DNA of 64,000 nt. Source: Betaproteobacteria bacterium (GTDB taxonomy: Bacteria; Pseudomonadota; Gammaproteobacteria; Burkholderiales; SG8-41). The notes beneath the pieces are model-generated. The model was not told the origin of the DNA. It saw only the letters and a list, made by a program, of their open reading frames with translations, and searched no databases. Numbering within the stretch: position 1 is the stretch's first letter; each line of letters opens with the position of its first letter. The position numbers and the translations under genes are program-made. This document shows, in pieces, positions 62,860-64,000 of this stretch. The stretch is from the NCBI GenBank assembly GCA_025363435.1, contig JANYDY010000090.1:24030-88029 (forward strand). The letters run 5' to 3'.

Positions 62860-64000
62860 TCAAGCCGCGCGCAGGGTGAAATCGCGCAAGCGGAAGCCGA
62901 GCAGCCACAGCGTGGCGAAATAGGCGGCGCCCCCCAGCAATACGACCGCGGATAGCCAACCGACACGCAACATTGCCCGGGCCGCCAGCCACGTCTCACC
63001 AGTGCCGGCGGCGAACCACAGGCAGATTCCCATGACTGCAATGGCAACAGCAATTTTGCCGGTGAAAACAAACCATCCCGGTTGCGGCGTATAGATGCCG
63101 TGCAGCCGCAACTGGCGATACAGCAGTCCGGCATTGAGACAAGCGCCAAGCCCGATCGCCAGTGCGAGGCCGGCGTGTTGCAGCGGAATCATGAAAATGA
63201 AATTCATCGCCTGTGTTGCGGCCAGCGAGATCAAGGCGATTTTCACCGGCGTCCTGATGTTCTGCCGCGCATAAAACCCCGGCGCCAGTACCTTGACGAG
63301 GATCAGTCCGAGCAAACCGACGCTGTAGGCGATGAGCGCATTGCGCGTCATCATTACATCGTTGACGGAAAATTCGCCGTAATGAAACAGCGTGGTGATC
63401 AGGGGCACCGCCAGAATCGCCAGCGCAACCGCCGCCGGCAACGCCAGCATCAGCGTCAGGCGTAAACCCCAGTCGAGCAATTTGGCATATTCGTCTGGCG
63501 CTTGATCGGCATAGTGTTTGGCCAGGCTCGGCAGCAAAATAGTCCCGAGCGCGACGCCGAGCAGCCCGGTCGGAAATTCCATCAAGCGGTCGGCGTAATA
63601 CAGCCACGACACGCTGCCGGTGACCAGAAACGAGGCAAAAATAATATTGATCAACAGACTGATCTGGCTGATCGACACGCCGAACACCGCCGGCCCCATC
63701 TGCTTGATCACGCGCCATACGCCGGCGTCGCTGAAATCGAGCTTCAAGCGCGGCAGCAAACCAAGCCGCCACAGGTGGGGAATCTGAAAAGCCAGTTGCA
63801 GCACGCCGCCGCAGAACACCGCCCACGCCAGCGCTTTCACCGGCGGGTCAAAATAAGGCGCCAGCCACAACGCAAAGGCGATGAACGACAGATTGAGCAG
63901 CGCCGGCGTCAGCGCCGGCACGGTGAATTTGCTGTAGGTATTCAGAATGCCGCCGGCCAGCGACACCAGCGAAATGAAAAATATGTAGGGAAAAGTGATG
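62860..64000 (-). CDS. murJ: Lipid II flippase MurJ (MviN), C-terminal part; 5' end outside window
   Basis: The frame stays open to the window edge. [25 protein letters not shown]...[21 protein letters not shown] is typical MurJ. Confidence 0.9.
   Translation of the reverse strand, partial: ITFPYIFFISLVSLAGGILNTYSKFTVPALTPALLNLSFIAFALWLAPYFDPPVKALAWAVFCGGVLQLAFQIPHLWRLGLLPRLKLDFSDAGVWRVIKQMGPAVFGVSISQISLLINIIFASFLVTGSVSWLYYADRLMEFPTGLLGVALGTILLPSLAKHYADQAPDEYAKLLDWGLRLTLMLALPAAVALAILAVPLITTLFHYGEFSVNDVMMTRNALIAYSVGLLGLILVKVLAPGFYARQNIRTPVKIALISLAATQAMNFIFMIPLQHAGLALAIGLGACLNAGLLYRQLRLHGIYTPQPGWFVFTGKIAVAIAVMGICLWFAAGTGETWLAARAMLRVGWLSAVVLLGGAAYFATLWLLGFRLRDFTLRAA

Noticed and set aside
62996-63826. 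276-aa alternative-frame ORF on the minus strand within murJ
   Set aside because: It overlaps the clear MurJ frame and is Arg/Ala-rich with no membrane-protein character.
1-64000. Search by eye for CRISPR arrays, IS elements/transposases, integrases, rRNA/tRNA and toxin-antitoxin or defence cassettes
   Set aside because: I saw no direct-repeat/spacer arrays, no DDE/tyrosine recombinase-like ORFs and no RNA-gene signatures. I cannot exclude small or degenerate elements without computational scans.

Overview
High-GC (about 62-67% in the stretches I hand-counted) chromosomal segment with betaproteobacterial, Burkholderiales-like gene content. Positions 1-40 kb hold an almost complete FlhDC-type flagellar regulon. 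In order: the 3' end of a FliK-like gene plus a stand-alone FlhB-C-terminal-like gene; ycgR (PilZ brake); fliE / fliFGHIJKLMNOPQR; an orphan CHASE-PAS histidine kinase; a lipoprotein gene coupled to flgL; flgLKJIHGFEDCB / flgA-flgMN; a ~0.9-kb lower-GC spacer with small membrane ORFs; fliA-flhGFAB; an HDOD protein plus a membrane-anchored SAM methyltransferase; motBA; flhCD. Flagellin (fliC), fliDST and the che genes are absent from the window. At 40.2-40.9 kb there is a parA-like Walker-A remnant and an Irr-like Fur-family regulator. At 41.2-51.4 kb lies a type IV pilus minor-pilin operon, pilE-fimT-pilV-pilW-pilX, ending in a 2,233-aa PilY1-like protein. Its vWA domain appears split by insertions of ~900 aa (one part cysteine-rich) and ~160 aa; this is my top candidate for something new. 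At 51.5-64 kb are housekeeping and sulfur genes: ispH-lspA-ileS-ribF (ileS carries an in-frame ~260-bp patch of ~45% GC), cobA-DUF934-cysI / cysB, a TlpA-like thioredoxin coupled to a Tat-exported transglutaminase-like protein, and the 3' part of murJ. I recognised no rRNA, tRNA, CRISPR array, transposase or integrase. All calls rest on reading the ORF translations and the nucleotide sequence by eye; no database search was possible.
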